The notes beneath the pieces are model-generated. The model worked only from the letters and a program-made list of their open reading frames with translations. It was not told the DNA's origin and did no database searches. 64,000 nt of DNA from Octopus bimaculoides (Eukaryota). The stretch's first letter is position 1. Each line of letters starts with the position of its first letter. Positions 1 through 13,087 of this stretch are shown here, piece by piece. The position numbers and the translations under genes were made by a program. The stretch is taken from positions 67,057,270 through 67,121,269 of the forward strand of contig NC_068990.1 of the NCBI RefSeq assembly GCF_001194135.2. Reading direction: 5' to 3'.

Positions 1-41
<41 letters not shown>

Positions 42-62
42 TACATACACACACACACACAC
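1..62. repeat. (CA)n microsatellite
   Basis: Near-perfect CA run at the window start. Confidence 0.95.
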
Positions 63-75
63 ACGTATTGATATA

Positions 76-268
76 TGTGGCACGTAAAAGCACCCACTAC
101 ACTCTCAGAGTGGTTGGCGTTAGGAAGGGCATCCAGCTGTAGAAACTCTGCCAAATTAGATTTAAGCCTGGTGTTGCCATCCGGTTTCACCAGTCCTCAG
201 TCAAATCGTCCAACCCATGCTAGCATGGAAAGCGGACGTTAAACGATGATGATGATGATGATGATGAT
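76..268 (+). mobile_element. SINE/RTE-LINE-like 3' module (C-tail) ending in (GAT)n
   Basis: ...ccaacccatgctagcatggaaagcggacgttaaacgatgatgat; the same 3' end recurs more than 10 times in the window; CpGs are largely intact, so a young copy. Confidence 0.8.
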
Positions 269-373
269 GTGTGTGTGTATGTATGTATAGACACACACAC
301 ACACAAAAAGTTAGGGAGTAGAGTAGATAAAATCCAGGCTATATATTTTTCATAACTAGCAGAACCTCAGAAT

Positions 374-413
374 TTTTCTCTAATTGATAGCGATAGCTAT
401 CAATTAGAGAAAA
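374..413. repeat. Perfect 18-bp inverted repeat with 4-nt loop
   Basis: ttttctctaattgatagc-gata-gctatcaattagagaaaa. Confidence 0.9.
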
Positions 414-876
414 GTTTGTAGTTTTAGAATCAGTAGTTCTTTGGCTGCTGTTTCTGAATTCTCAATATGTTGGAGAAGCAGGTTTCTGCTAATCCCTATA
501 TATTTATGATTATAAATGGCTTTACCGAAAAGGTTTTTTCATACTGAGCTACCCGGCATAATTGTTAATTATTAATTTTATTACTAATTGACGATTCCCT
601 GCCCTGTATATCTATATCTATATATATATATATATCAATATTTGCTTTTATATCAAGTTATGGAATAAATTAACATGAAACTAAAGAATTATTCAATACT
701 TTTAGGTAAAGTACACATGTATTTAACTTTTACCAGAAAAAGGTGAGGGTGTGTCTTTAAAGTTTGAGCTTGCTTGCCTTCCTTCCTTAGAGTCTGATAA
801 AGGCAATCATGCTAAAACCTCAAAGTTTCTTTCAACCTTTTCTTTGTAAAAATTAAATAAACATACACACACGTAT

Positions 877-912
<36 letters not shown>

Positions 913-2149
913 GAAATCAACAATCATTTGCTGTAATTATGTTTTCATAGTCACTTTCATTCATGTCTTTGAAAGACTTTAAATTTCATAAAGCTTCAGA
1001 ACAATTACAGCTTCCTCAAGAAGCATCTCAAATTATTGAATTTAATCAGTTATCCGTGCTAATAAATGCAAGATAAATGGTTGACCAATTCTTTATTACA
1101 TACCCTTGTAAATTGCAAGGATTGTGCACTTTAATTTTATTCATATATTTTTTATCCATTAAAATCAATGAATACAGTTGACTGACACCCCACCACCACA
1201 CACACAAAAAAAAAAGAAAAAATTCTGATGATAAATCTTTGAGTTTTTCCAGATTTTTTTCATCTATATTCTTGTATTTTATTCTTTAAATTATTGTTTA
1301 CCTTTTTTTTAATATTATCAATAGCATTCACCATTATATTAGCATTTCGTTTTGGCCCATTGGAAGGGTGAATTAATTCAAAAGTTGGAAATTGTGAATA
1401 TAATATGTGCTCACAACATCAACATGCAAACTAACAAAATGGCTGAATGGCTGAACAAACACTCGCAACATGCACATTATTGATGCAGCACGTTGCAGTA
1501 ATTGAACTTTTAAAGCAATCATTATGAATGTTTAGCATTTTATTTTCTATAATTAACTTTTAAATTTTTATTTTTATGAATTTAGAAATTAATCATTAAA
1601 GCATGAGATTGTTATGCACAGTACTTTTTTAAGAAAATCTCTTTGTGAGAAGAGAAGGCAATGCTTATGACTATTTACAGTGCCTCCAAAGTCAGGTAAG
1701 CAGATGAGACGATATTCTCACATTAGAGATGTAGCTTGAACACTTTCAACAAAGTAGACTCTGCTCAAAGCACCCAAGCTGCTAGGCAGTTGTGTTAAAC
1801 CAGGCAATGGATGAAGTCTACTACCCATGACAGGATCTGAACTCAGAACAGAAAAACCTGGAATAAATACCACAAGGTGCCTAGTTCCATTTCCTTACAG
1901 CTCCATCAATCCATTGTCCTGAGTTGCCACTTTTATTTTATTTCTATTAACTCCTAAAATGATGAAAAGCAAATCTGACTTCAGTATACTATACTGAATT
2001 ATTTTTAGCAGGTGTATGCCAGTGTTTTGAAGGTGAGACAATAATAGTTTGATTTGATCCCCAGAAGGCTAGGTTGGAAAATAGACTAACCCAGAAAGAG
2101 TGGGGGAAAAATAAAGTTAATCATGAGAAAGAATCAACAACTCTGCTCA

Positions 2150-2390
2150 GAAACGGAGTTCGTCCTGTTACTTGTATGATTTGGAAGTGCCAGTTCCAAG
2201 TTAGAACATTTTATTATGATCTCTAAAATGAGAATCTGGCTGGGTTGATGGTTCTTGTTGTTTGACCACATGGCCAAATGAGGAAGAATCTCATGGAGAT
2301 AGGGACAGACTGGGACTCTGCTTGGCACACTGCCCAAGAGGACCCAGGAATATACCGCCAAATAATGAATAGCAATGTGCTGCGATGGTA
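2150..2390 (+). mobile_element. Possible very degenerate RTE-type LINE 3' relic
   Basis: Stop-interrupted frame ...WDSAWHTAQEDPGIYRQ resembles the W..A.DR..WR end of RTE ORF2. Confidence 0.25.
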
Positions 2391-2596
2391 TGACCCCTCA
2401 TCTTACATGGCTTGACCTGACCAGAAGCAGTGAATTCGGAATAGTTAGCTTACTGCAACAGATATATAAAAACATCTAGTTGATTACTGTGTGATCTTGG
2501 GTTTATTTGTACAGTGTTAACAATAGCAAAAATAATTTTATGAAGTGTGTCCATAAAGCATTAAAAGTAAAATGATATACAAAAATAAATGAGAAG

Positions 2597-2633
<37 letters not shown>

Positions 2634-2679
2634 TATCATCGTCATTTGTTGATGTTATCATCATAAATGGTTTAACATC

Positions 2680-2880
2680 TACTTTCCATGCTTGATTGGG
2701 TCAGATTGGATTCATTGAAGTAGATTTGCTACAACCAGACAAATTGATCTTTCTGTCACTAACCCTCACTTGTTTCCAAGCAAGATAATATTTTCCCCAA
2801 GTCAGGTTATATTTTCAGGGGAAATTGTAAACAACCAGCACTGGTTGATTGACAGTGACACTTGTTTACATCTAGCACAT
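2680..2880 (-). mobile_element. SINE C-tail module, decayed
   Basis: ttccatgcttgattgggtcag...ccaagcaagataatattttcccc, homologous to other copies; (CAT)n run adjacent. Confidence 0.7.
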
Positions 2881-2912
2881 AATATCAACACATAGAAGTG
2901 GAAACATACACA

Positions 2913-2915
<3 letters not shown>

Positions 2916-2948
<33 letters not shown>

Positions 2949-2956
2949 CATAAATA

Positions 2957-3014
<58 letters not shown>
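2916..3014. repeat. (TA)n-(CA)n compound microsatellite
   Basis: Direct reading. Confidence 0.95.
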
Positions 3015-3016
<2 letters not shown>

Positions 3017-3466
3017 TATGAAATAAAGGAACATGAATGGATAGCGCAATTCATGCTACATATGTTTCCATAGTATGAATATTTATTCATTATACATTGG
3101 AGTCCTACCAAGATCCCTATATATATGTATGTGTATGGATATATCTATATGTATGGGTGTATGCATGTGTGTCTGTGTGTATATATGTATATGCATGTTT
3201 ATGTATGTATGTGTGTACGTGTGTATATATATATGTATATACTTTATTGAAAAGCAGCAAAAATATCACAAACACTGTTACTCAGTTTTGCATTCTTGTT
3301 CGTCAGACAGTTTTCTCAACAAAACTGTCCAATGAACATGAATGGGAAACTCTGAGTAATGGTGTTTGTGATATTTTTGCTACTTTTCAATAAAGCATTT
3401 TACTCTACCTCTGGTATTCGAGTACTATTTTTTCCACCTTGTTTTGCATTTATGTGCTTACTCCGG

Positions 3467-3514
<48 letters not shown>

Positions 3515-4809
3515 ATGAATTTTCTCTTTCAGTTTTGATTTCCCCAATTCAGACACATAGTTTTTGTTGGCCTCGGACTGTGGTGAAAGACAACTGCTCA
3601 AGCTGTTGCACAAGGGAATTGAGCCTAAAACCACATGATCATAAAGCAAGTTTTTTAACCACAACACTGGCATAACACAAAAATAACAATTATTCAGTAT
3701 GGTACAGGCTACTGGTTCATCATGGCTACTAATCTATCTATTATGTGAGAGATGTGAGCTATTAAAACACAGTAAAGGAAGACAGGTTGATACTCCATCA
3801 TCTCAGTTTGACAGCAAAGATTATCACTGATCCATGCGAATCCAGTGTATTAAAAAATATACTATGTGATCTACTTGTAGTCAGTATAGGATAATACTCT
3901 AGCTACAGTGCTAGTATGGCATATGTTTCACTACACACTGAGAAAAATTCATCATTCAAATGCCCACAGAAATGTAAAAAAAAAATTGCTGTTATCAGGT
4001 TGAAATATGATTTCAAGATAAAATTGATCTCAGTTTCATGTTGATTTTTGCTGTGGCTGAGTACAACAAAGTATGATAGTAAAAATCTCTAAGAAATATA
4101 ACTTTCATACACACGCACATTTGCATGCATGGCTGGGTAATGATTAAAAAGTTCACTTCCCAACCATGACCATTTTCAATTCTATCCCATTTGCATGGCA
4201 CCCTGGATAAATCCTTACCTAAATTATATAAGTAATTATATATAAATACGTACCAATTAAGAAAATAATAATCAACAATTATCTATAATATTTCTTGGTG
4301 CAGAAACAAAATGATGCAATAAATACTAATTTTCAGAAGGAAAATATTTATTACCTTAAAATGAAATAAAATTAAACAAATTTCTCATTTGTATATTTGC
4401 AATAAATGTACGTTATTTATTTCTTTATTTTCAAAATTTTATCAATATAATTGCAATCTACTCCAATGAAAATCTATCTGAAAAATTACATTAAAATATT
4501 TGTATTTTTCAAGAAGACACTCATTCTGAACTTCCTTATGTTAACACTTTCTGTATCTCTCTTTTACTTTCTCTACTCCACTCTCATGCTCTATAGTCTG
4601 GAGTATGACAGAAGATACCAACCAGCCAATCAACCAACCAACATTTATTTTGGCTATTATTAAATAGAAGATTGGAAAAACTGGTCAAAGAGTTGCAGAC
4701 TGTTTTTGAGTATATAGTTTAGCCAACCAATGTAATAACACTGGATTACATCAATTTGTCATTTTAATTCTGAAACTCATTATTTCAATTATCCTGGCCA
4801 TGCTTACCT

Positions 4810-5040
4810 TCATCTGACTGGTGGCACTTTACACCATGAATCAAACCCCTTGCTAATATCAAGAACAACAGCTAATTCTCCCTCTCCAAACGGTTTCCTT
4901 AAATGGAATTCATCATCACCTTATTTTCATATAGTAACACTGCTTTCGTGTAACATCCTCAACTCACTGATAAACGCCTTGTTAGGCACTTCACAATCTC
5001 TACTTCCTACACACATATCCATACCATTAGACCTTATTCA
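4810..5040 (-). mobile_element. Degenerate non-LTR reverse transcriptase fragment, clade uncertain
   Basis: Minus frame PFGEGELAVVLDISKGFDSW resembles the RT LDxxKAFD motif; stops upstream. Confidence 0.35.
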
Positions 5041-5632
5041 CATCAACTACACAAAAGTAAATACATAGACACTCTCACACAGTATGTTTACATACCCTAC
5101 TCTAAACAAATGTATTCACTTATCTACACACAAATATATTCTCACAAAAGCTGATTCAAGCCTACTTTCACATTTTACAGAATTGAAATTATACGTGTGT
5201 GTGTGTGTATTTATGTACAAATGTGCCATTTTCACTTTGTGTGTCTCTGCATCTGATATCTTTGTACTTAACTTCGTCTGGCATACTAGCTCCTTCAATG
5301 TTTGTCTCCAACAGAAACAAGAGCTCATCTTTTCCTCTCAAACGTTCATTCCCATGGACCCAATTACTAATTTCTTATTACTATGCATGTTATCAACTAG
5401 ACCAAAACTCACTAGTAACATAACATTCATGCAACAAAACATACACACAAAATTACATATCCTATCCACAGAAAACCTTGAAATAGTCCATTAGGAGACT
5501 GCCTCCTTTCTATTGTACACATCAAAGCAGAGAAGAATGTGCTTACATTCTTATATTTCTTTCAGAGCTATGTTTCCTACTGTATATGTATATATATATT
5601 TTGTATGATATATACGCATTTATATTCATATA

Positions 5633-5734
5633 NNNNNNNNNNNNNNNNNNNNNNNNNNNNNNNNNNNNNNNNNNNNNNNNNNNNNNNNNNNNNNNNNNNN
5701 NNNNNNNNNNNNNNNNNNNNNNNNNNNNNNNNNN
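5633..5734. other. Assembly gap (~100 N)
   Basis: N run flanked by an identical 53-bp sequence on both sides. Confidence 0.95.
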
Positions 5735-5813
5735 CTGTATATGTATATATATATTTTGTATGATATATACGCATTTATATTCATATATTGCATATATAAA
5801 CACATATGTATAA

Positions 5814-5876
<63 letters not shown>

Positions 5877-6009
5877 CATATATACATACATAGACATATG
5901 TATATATGCCAATAGACATATGCTCTCTTATGTAGATATAGATACAATATTACGCACTTACTAAAATTTTAAAATAATAGTATAAAAATTGCACTTGTAA
6001 CAACAACAA

Positions 6010-6011
6010 CA

Positions 6012-6063
<52 letters not shown>
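6010..6063. repeat. (AAT)n microsatellite
   Basis: Direct reading. Confidence 0.95.
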
Positions 6064-6066
<3 letters not shown>

Positions 6067-6769
6067 TTGCAATGGTCCCTCCAATATCTTCAATAACAAT
6101 TTTTCAAAAACTTCACATAATCTGCAATGAATGGCAAATATGTCTGCTATCAGTTCTTAGGTTTTGATATTCCTTTAATGTAGCTGGAGGGGAAAAATTT
6201 CACTTCAAAATTGTCCCAATATATTGATTGTCTTTCTGTGTTTCTATTGCTCTCTCTCTCTCTCCCTCTCTCCTTCTCTTGTACCCATTTATTTTGTTTT
6301 ATTTCTCTGCTGTTATTCTACTTGCTCCAACTTCATATGCAGTCTTTTCCTATCATTCTTTAATGCATGCATGCACGCATGTGTGTTTGTGTGTATATAC
6401 ATGTATATATATATATACACACACACACACGCACTCACATATATACACATGCACACATACATATCTATCAATATAGACAAACACACATATTTATATTTAT
6501 TATGTATGAAGATATGTATACATGCATATGTGCATATAGTTCATGTGTACTGGATATATTCATGACTATGTAAGTATGTGAATGCTTTTGTTTCTTCAAA
6601 GATTTTTCCTGTTTAGATGTGTGTATGTATATGTGAAGAATCATATTAAAAGGAACAGCAATTTTGGTTATCTTTCTATGTTTGAAGCTGTTTCTGCTAT
6701 CTTAGATTTGTCACAGTGTTTTGTGTGCAACTAAAGATGTTCAATAGAATGGAGTGTTAAGAACAGATT

Positions 6770-7300
6770 TTTATTATAATTATTTCTTTAGTAGTTTCAT
6801 GTGAGTTTCTATTGCACCACCTGGTGCACATCCGTGTTCCCAAAGTGTGCACAGCATTCTTATTATTGTAGGGATTGGTAGAATGTTGACTCCTCCTGCT
6901 GGTATTCTTTATCAGAGTGTTTTGTTATGGGGTTTAGTTTCTTGTTTCTTGTTATATTAGTATATTTGTTGTTGTGCATATGTGTAATGCGAGTTGTTTT
7001 AGATTATTAGGTGCTTATTGTATTTGGTATGTTGTGTGTGGGAGATTGTTCTAGCTGAGCTATTCTGTTGAATGAATAGTGTCTTGTGCAAGATGTAAGC
7101 TGCTCCAAACAGATCTATTTGGTGGACAGTGTGTAGTGTCATGAACCTGGCATGGTTTCTATGTTTCTTTTTATGCTTTTAAAATTATACCTAATTTTTC
7201 AGATACTATTGGTATTGTTTTCGCCTACATACCCTACATCTTAAGCATTTCAGTTTCAAGGCTTTTGTATTTGGGTAGCCTTACCACATCTTTATGGGCA
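6770..7300 (-). mobile_element. R4/Dong-like (restriction-like endonuclease) LINE 3' fragment
   Basis: Minus translation LPKYKSLETEMLKM..AKTIPIVSEKLGII...QIDLFGAAYILHKTL aligns with the 44600 copy; 3' UTR end and AAT tail are also similar. Confidence 0.7.
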
Positions 7301-7780
7301 GTAAAAGCAAACAAGATATGATACAAAGATGTGCCAAACAGAGTATGTGACAGTGACCTGGCCACTATAACCTGGGTTAACCCTGTCCAAACTGATAAAG
7401 AGATCATTGAAACATAATAATAAAGGACTGGAAAACAAATACTTGCACACTGATAGATTGCAATCCCCTCTGACAAAAAAAAACAACAACCAGAAAAACA
7501 ATTATTATTAAGGTGATGAGCTGTCAAACTTAGCAGATCAGACAAAATGCTCAGCAGCATTTTCTCTGGCTCATTGCCTTCTCAGTTCAATTTTGCCTTT
7601 CATCCTTTTGAAGTCAATAATACCGGTCAAGTACTTGGGTCAACGTAATCAACTTTCTTGCTGGCCTTGCCAGAAATTTAGAAAGATTTTGTCTTCTACT
7701 TCTAATTGTTATTATCAGTATTGTGTTGTTGCTTTGTTTTGCATGAGCTGTTCCAAATCTTACACAGAAATCTCTGGGTG

Positions 7781-8157
7781 TTATTACCTCTACCTTCACG
7801 AAGGCAGTTGTATTGTTTTCAGTCATGTTTGTTTGTTTGTTTGTTTGTCCATGGACAAGATATCTCAAGAATCACTGGATAGATTCAGATGACACTTTCA
7901 AGGATGTTTGGCCTGGTGATTGGCACAAATGGATTAGATTTTGGGATCGATCTGGTATCAGACAAAGATTCTGAATTATTTTTCCAGTTTTTTACTTAAT
8001 TTTTGAGAGCAGTCAGGTTCATTTTTAGTATTCTCGTTTGTGAGAGCAGTTGAGTTTATTTTAGATATTCTCATTTTAAAAATCATCTCCAGCTAATCAT
8101 TGAGAGGACATTAATGCTGCATTGGCAGAGGTTTGTGATCTGTGAGCGCTCTTGTTT
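7781..8157. mobile_element. Helentron/DINE-type non-autonomous element (HINE-like)
   Basis: 5' ttattacctctacc plus palindrome ccttc-ac-gaagg, (GTTT)n microsatellite, two ~37-bp core repeats (8005, 8042), 3' subterminal ggcagaggt and ...gagcgctcttgttt end. Confidence 0.65.
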
Positions 8158-8234
8158 ATGGTTAACATTGCTATACTATAAGGGAAAGGAGACCGAAATC
8201 TGTTATTTTTCAGTTTCAAAGGATTTTAAAGAAA

Positions 8235-8400
8235 ATCACACATTTCCAAGTTGACAATGTTTTTCTTTGGATGAGGACAGTACACATGAGAACAATTGTT
8301 TGGTATTCTGATAATTTTGGGTTTTCTGGTATTTGGTTATATTGTTTTATAGTTCCATTTGGTATTGTCCTCAAAACTTTACCTGATCACTGGTAAAGTT
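8235..8400 (-). mobile_element. R4/Dong-like LINE C-terminal relic
   Basis: Minus translation VLRTIPNGTIKQYNQIPENPKLSEYQTIVLMCTVLIQRKTLS matches the IPG..IQKIVL.GTAHILRK motif. Confidence 0.55.
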
Positions 8401-8429
8401 TTTGTTAAAAAGGGGAGTGCAGAAGACAG

Positions 8430-8500
8430 CTGCAGCTTGGCGCGGATAGTACCTAAACGAGAGACGGAGCTGTATACGGGTCGGACCGTTCACCACCTAC
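8430..8500. other. Small CpG-rich island of unknown origin
   Basis: 7 CpGs in 8441-8488 in an otherwise CpG-depleted window. Confidence 0.5.
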
Positions 8501-9084
8501 CTTTAAACAATTGAGGACTGGACATATTCTCAATCTATGAACATTAATTTCCCTGTTTGAACACTTTCTGTTGTTGCAATCAGAAGTTTACCCTGTTTTT
8601 CTTACATTAGAATTTGTCTGATCATAACAACATATTAAGGGTAATTTTACATTTTTAGTATTTTTGCTTCATTGTGTGAGTTGTCTGTATGTGGTTTTGT
8701 GTGCAATGGTCTGCATTTTCTCGATGGCTTTGTGACTTGGGGAAAATAAAATGCATGTCTTGTGTGTTAGTAGGAGTTGGTAAAATAAGATGAACTTGGA
8801 TTACGAGTTCCATCAATATTGCAATAAGAAAAGATAATTTCCTAAAGAATAGCTATTTTTTTACTTCTGATTGGTCATTCCCATGTTCTGAAAGAATTTT
8901 GAAGAGATGTAAAAAGCTTTTAGGTTGCCGCTAGCCACTTGGTTGAATCCAATAAGTTGCTTGAGGGAGAGTGGAAAATACCTCACTTATAAAAGGATGA
9001 GGTAGAAAGAAAAAGGAGTGGAGAACTAGAAAATGGACAGTTATAAAATAACTTGACAAAAAAATAAAAAGAAGCAATAGTTAA

Positions 9085-9312
9085 CCATTTCAATATCAGC
9101 CTACCTGAGACTGCCCTTGGTTTATGCAAGACTGTCTAGTTTAAAAATTCGATCATTATTTCATGTAAGAAACTTTTGTGAACATATGTTCCAAACAGCA
9201 GCTTAATGATGGAAATATTTGTTATTTCAGTAGATCCTACCAATTAATTCATTATTTTAAAAATTAAATGAAGCGTACTGGAAGTATTTTGTGAGAAATA
9301 TGGTCATAAAAG
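9085..9312. mobile_element. Degenerate piggyBac-like MITE
   Basis: TTAA|ccatttcaata ... cataaaag|TTAA termini. Confidence 0.35.
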
Positions 9313-9454
9313 TTAAAAGCCACAAACAAGAAAAACCCAACTAATTTCATTTAAGATTTCTGAAAGAAAGATTTACAGTCCAAGAGGTGGGTCTGCTTCA
9401 TTGCAGCCAGTAGAAGGAGGATCATCATCGCCATCATCATCATCACCATCATCA

Positions 9455-9690
9455 TCATAACTTTTAATATCCATTTTTCCATGCTTGCATGGGTCTGATG
9501 CAATGAGTAAAGGAACATTTTCTATGGATGAATGCCCTCCTTTTTGCCAACCCTCACATGTTTCCAAGCAAGATGATATTTCCTAATTGCCACAAGTTTG
9601 TCACAGAAGAGTGGAAATGAACATGCTGCCTGTATGACAGAGCGCTCATTTACAGTCATGTGATGTCAAGATAAAGGTGCACATACACAC
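9455..9690 (-). mobile_element. SINE C-tail module
   Basis: ccatttttccatgcttgcatgggtctga...ccaagcaagatgatatttcc. Confidence 0.7.
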
Positions 9691-10411
9691 ACTCGTGTGA
9701 GTGCACCTTTATCAAAACAAACAATAAAAAGGCAATTGATTTATCAAACTTGTGAAGATTAAGTCAGCAGAATGAATGGCTGGAGAGTAAAAGCAAGTCT
9801 TGGAAGTGAGAATTATTTGTAGCCTTAGAAAATTGGTCTTTAAGAAGCAGGTATAATTCTTCTGATGTTTGGGAATCTATGATATTGTACATGTAATACA
9901 CACAATGCAAAACAAATGTTGGTAAGCAATATTTTCTAAATCACTTAGTTGCCTTTGTTTTCACTCATTTTATATATTTAATTCCTTTGTATAAAATATT
10001 TAGTTAACTTATATATGTACTACATGCAGAATTGCATACACATTTCATATATTAATAAATAGATGATACACACACACATACATATTATTTTGTGTGTCCA
10101 TATATATATATGGAGACATATTGCACTGCAAAAAAAAAAAAAAAAGGTAAAATTTAATAAATGAAAATAGTGGGACAGGAAAAGAGCAACAATATGTAGC
10201 TAACGTGCAAGTATGTTCACTCATATATAAATTCCTGGAGAGGATAAAGAATTCAAAGTAAACAGCAATCTTTGATGCAAACACTTTCAATACATAATGT
10301 TAACATAATAACAAGTTAGGAGAAATTTGCTGCAAAATCACTGAAGCAAAATGACATGAAATTTCATCCATGAGTACCTATATATATGTGTGTGTATGTG
10401 TGTGTGTGTGT

Positions 10412-10413
<2 letters not shown>

Positions 10414-10482
<69 letters not shown>
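10414..10482. repeat. (TA)n microsatellite
   Basis: Direct reading. Confidence 0.95.
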
Positions 10483-10487
<5 letters not shown>

Positions 10488-10875
10488 GCTAATAAATGAG
10501 AGTGTGAATATGTGCTGATATAGTTAATTATATGTACTTGTTCATATATTTTTATCGTGTTTATAATATATATATGTAGTCTTGTATGCACATATATATG
10601 TATAATTATATAAAATGTTATATATATATGTATGTGTGTGTGTGTGTGTGCGTGTGCACGTGTTAATCATATGTATATCTATAATTATATAAAATATGTT
10701 TTATATATATGTATGTATCTGTATAATTATTCACTATATGTGTGTGTATATGTATGTATGGTTGCATGCTTTCGGTTGTTATTATATATTTAAAGTTATA
10801 TAGGAATATCAGAAGAAAAAAAACACCCAAAAAATGCAGCTTTCGGGATTGCAGTTAAAATTGTGCAAATCTTAC

Positions 10876-10911
10876 CAAAATAAGGTATATGGCCTGCGAT
10901 AAAAATAGGCT
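10876..10911 (-). CDS. Candidate 36-nt internal exon, unidentified gene
   Basis: Minus: ccccttttctttgcag|agcctatttttatcgcaggccatataccttattttg|gtaaga; all three frames open (SLFLSQAIYLIL, EPIFIAGHIPYF, AYFYRRPYTLF); CpG retained. Confidence 0.4.
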
Positions 10912-11266
10912 CTGCAAAGAAAAGGGGTATTTTCTATGTAATGTAGGTAACAAAACCAAGCAAATAAGAAGAACAAAAAAAGAACAGAAAGAAAGAAAAA
11001 TTAAAAAAATACATAAAAGAAATGAAACAAAATACGGAATACAGAAAAAGAAGTAAAATAAAATATAAAAGCAAAAATAATAATGATGTAAAAATTAATG
11101 AAATCTAAACTCAAACTAAAGCAAAGAAAATGAGGTTAAATATGTTATTTGCTTAAGAAGCGATATTAAAGTAAATAGGGATAATATAAAGATGGGAGAA
11201 AACCAAGGAGAGATTGAAAAAAGAAGATAAAATGAAATTATCCAAACATATATATATATATATATA

Positions 11267-11662
11267 NNNNNNNNNNNNNNNNNNNNNNNNNNNNNNNNNN
11301 NNNNNNNNNNNNNNNNNNNNNNNNNNNNNNNNNNNNNNNNNNNNNNNNNNNNNNNNNNNNNNNNNNNNNNNNNNNNNNNNNNNNNNNNNNNNNNNNNNNN
11401 NNNNNNNNNNNNNNNNNNNNNNNNNNNNNNNNNNNNNNNNNNNNNNNNNNNNNNNNNNNNNNNNNNNNNNNNNNNNNNNNNNNNNNNNNNNNNNNNNNNN
11501 NNNNNNNNNNNNNNNNNNNNNNNNNNNNNNNNNNNNNNNNNNNNNNNNNNNNNNNNNNNNNNNNNNNNNNNNNNNNNNNNNNNNNNNNNNNNNNNNNNNN
11601 NNNNNNNNNNNNNNNNNNNNNNNNNNNNNNNNNNNNNNNNNNNNNNNNNNNNNNNNNNNNNN
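11267..11662. other. Assembly gap (396 N)
   Basis: N run after a (TA)n tract. Confidence 0.95.
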
Positions 11663-12449
11663 TTTAAAAGTAACTTTCAGGTTAAGAGAGAAGAATGGAA
11701 AGAAAAAAAGAAAATAAATAAAATATATCCAATAACGGAACAGGATTTATGTAAAGAAAAGGAAAAAAAAAATTTAAGTATGGTTCTAAGTTTTTCAATA
11801 AAAATATATTAGTTTAAACCTTATCCTATCTAAAATAATATATATTATAAACCTTATTTTGAAAGAAAAAGAAAAATGTAGCAGGCCAACTGATGGGACG
11901 TGAACCATAAATCTCTCCTTTTGCTCTGTGACCACTGATCACATTACCAATGTATACTGCAGAGTGTCCACCACAACAGTAAATCGATTTTTTTTAGCTA
12001 TTTATAACTGTTAATATTTTATTTTTTCAAGATAATATTATGGCTACTTTCTTTCTATTTATTTTTTTTACCTTGTAAAATTGCAAGATGGCATCTAATG
12101 CAGTTTAGCCTTCTTAAAAATAGTTTTGCAACATATTGCAAATCTATTTACAAGCTTATGGTTCTTAGATGACTTAATAACTACAATATTATGCATTCAT
12201 CTCCTGGCCTCATACATTTTAATCAGTATCTTTTCTAATCATCTTCAGTGCTTAAGCTTACAGTTGAACATTTAGATCTTTGCCTTAACTCTCAAGGTTA
12301 AAACACATTTTTACCAACAGTGCCAACATTTTTACCACAGTGAAAAACTTCCCTGGAATTAAACTTATATCAATCATTGCCTTGGCCATAAAATTTCATG
12401 GACAAAAACACGAGTTAATGGAATATATATATATACATATTCTTTTGTG

Positions 12450-12655
12450 CTTTTACCTGTTTCAGCCATTTAACTGCAGTCATACTGGAGCAGCACCTTG
12501 AAGGATTTTAGTTGAACAAATCGACCTCAGGAATTATTTCTTAAACCTAGTAATTATTCTATCAGTCTCTTTAGCAGAACTGCTAAGCTACAAGGATGTA
12601 AACACACAAACACTGGTTGAAAAGTGGTGATGGGAGTGGCAAACACAGATACATA
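12450..12655 (-). mobile_element. SINE type B1 tail module
   Basis: Homologous to 33437-33645. Confidence 0.7.
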
Positions 12656-12689
12656 CATTGTTTGTCAGTTTGATAACACACCCCAATAT

Positions 12690-13060
12690 AGTTGAGAAGC
12701 TTCCTTTCTGAGCATGTTGTTTTGAGGTTTTGTGTTCAATCTCATTGCTCAGTGTTTTGGTCAAGCATCTATTACTATAGCCCAGGGCTGGATGAAACCT
12801 TATGAGCAGATTTCATATATGGAAACTGAAAGAAGCCTATCGTTTGTGTGTGTGTGTGTGTGTGTGTATTTTTGTATGCTGGTCGACATCATGTCATTGT
12901 TGTAAACAAACATCACTATCATACAAGCGATGTTGTTTCCAATCTTCTGTTAAAAGTAAAACTGATTATGGGGAAATATTACCTTTCTTGGAAACAGGTG
13001 GGAAAATCTGCCTCATGCCTCAATGGATTTCATCTGGTCCATGCAAGCATGGGAAGTGGA
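12690..13060 (+). mobile_element. SINE type B2 (tRNA-like head, (TG)n, C-tail), decayed
   Basis: Head ...ggaaactgaaagaagcctatcg, TG run, tail ...catgcaagcatgggaagtggatg. Confidence 0.6.
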
Positions 13061-13087
13061 TGTGTATGTGTGTGTGTGTATATGTGA

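Noticed and set aside
788-820. ctgataaaggc...gctaaaac, a Penelope-like hammerhead relic pattern
   Set aside because: Core mutated (CTGATAA, no GAAA) and no flanking Penelope ORF or pLTR seen.
951-1076. 42-codon frame SLSFMSLKDFKFHKASEQLQLPQEASQIIEFNQLSVLINAR* after ttttcatag
   Set aside because: No linked exon or recognisable motif; within chance expectation.
5580-5787. Identical 53-bp direct repeat either side of the ~100-N gap
   Set aside because: Typical of unmerged overlapping contig ends; likely an assembly artefact.
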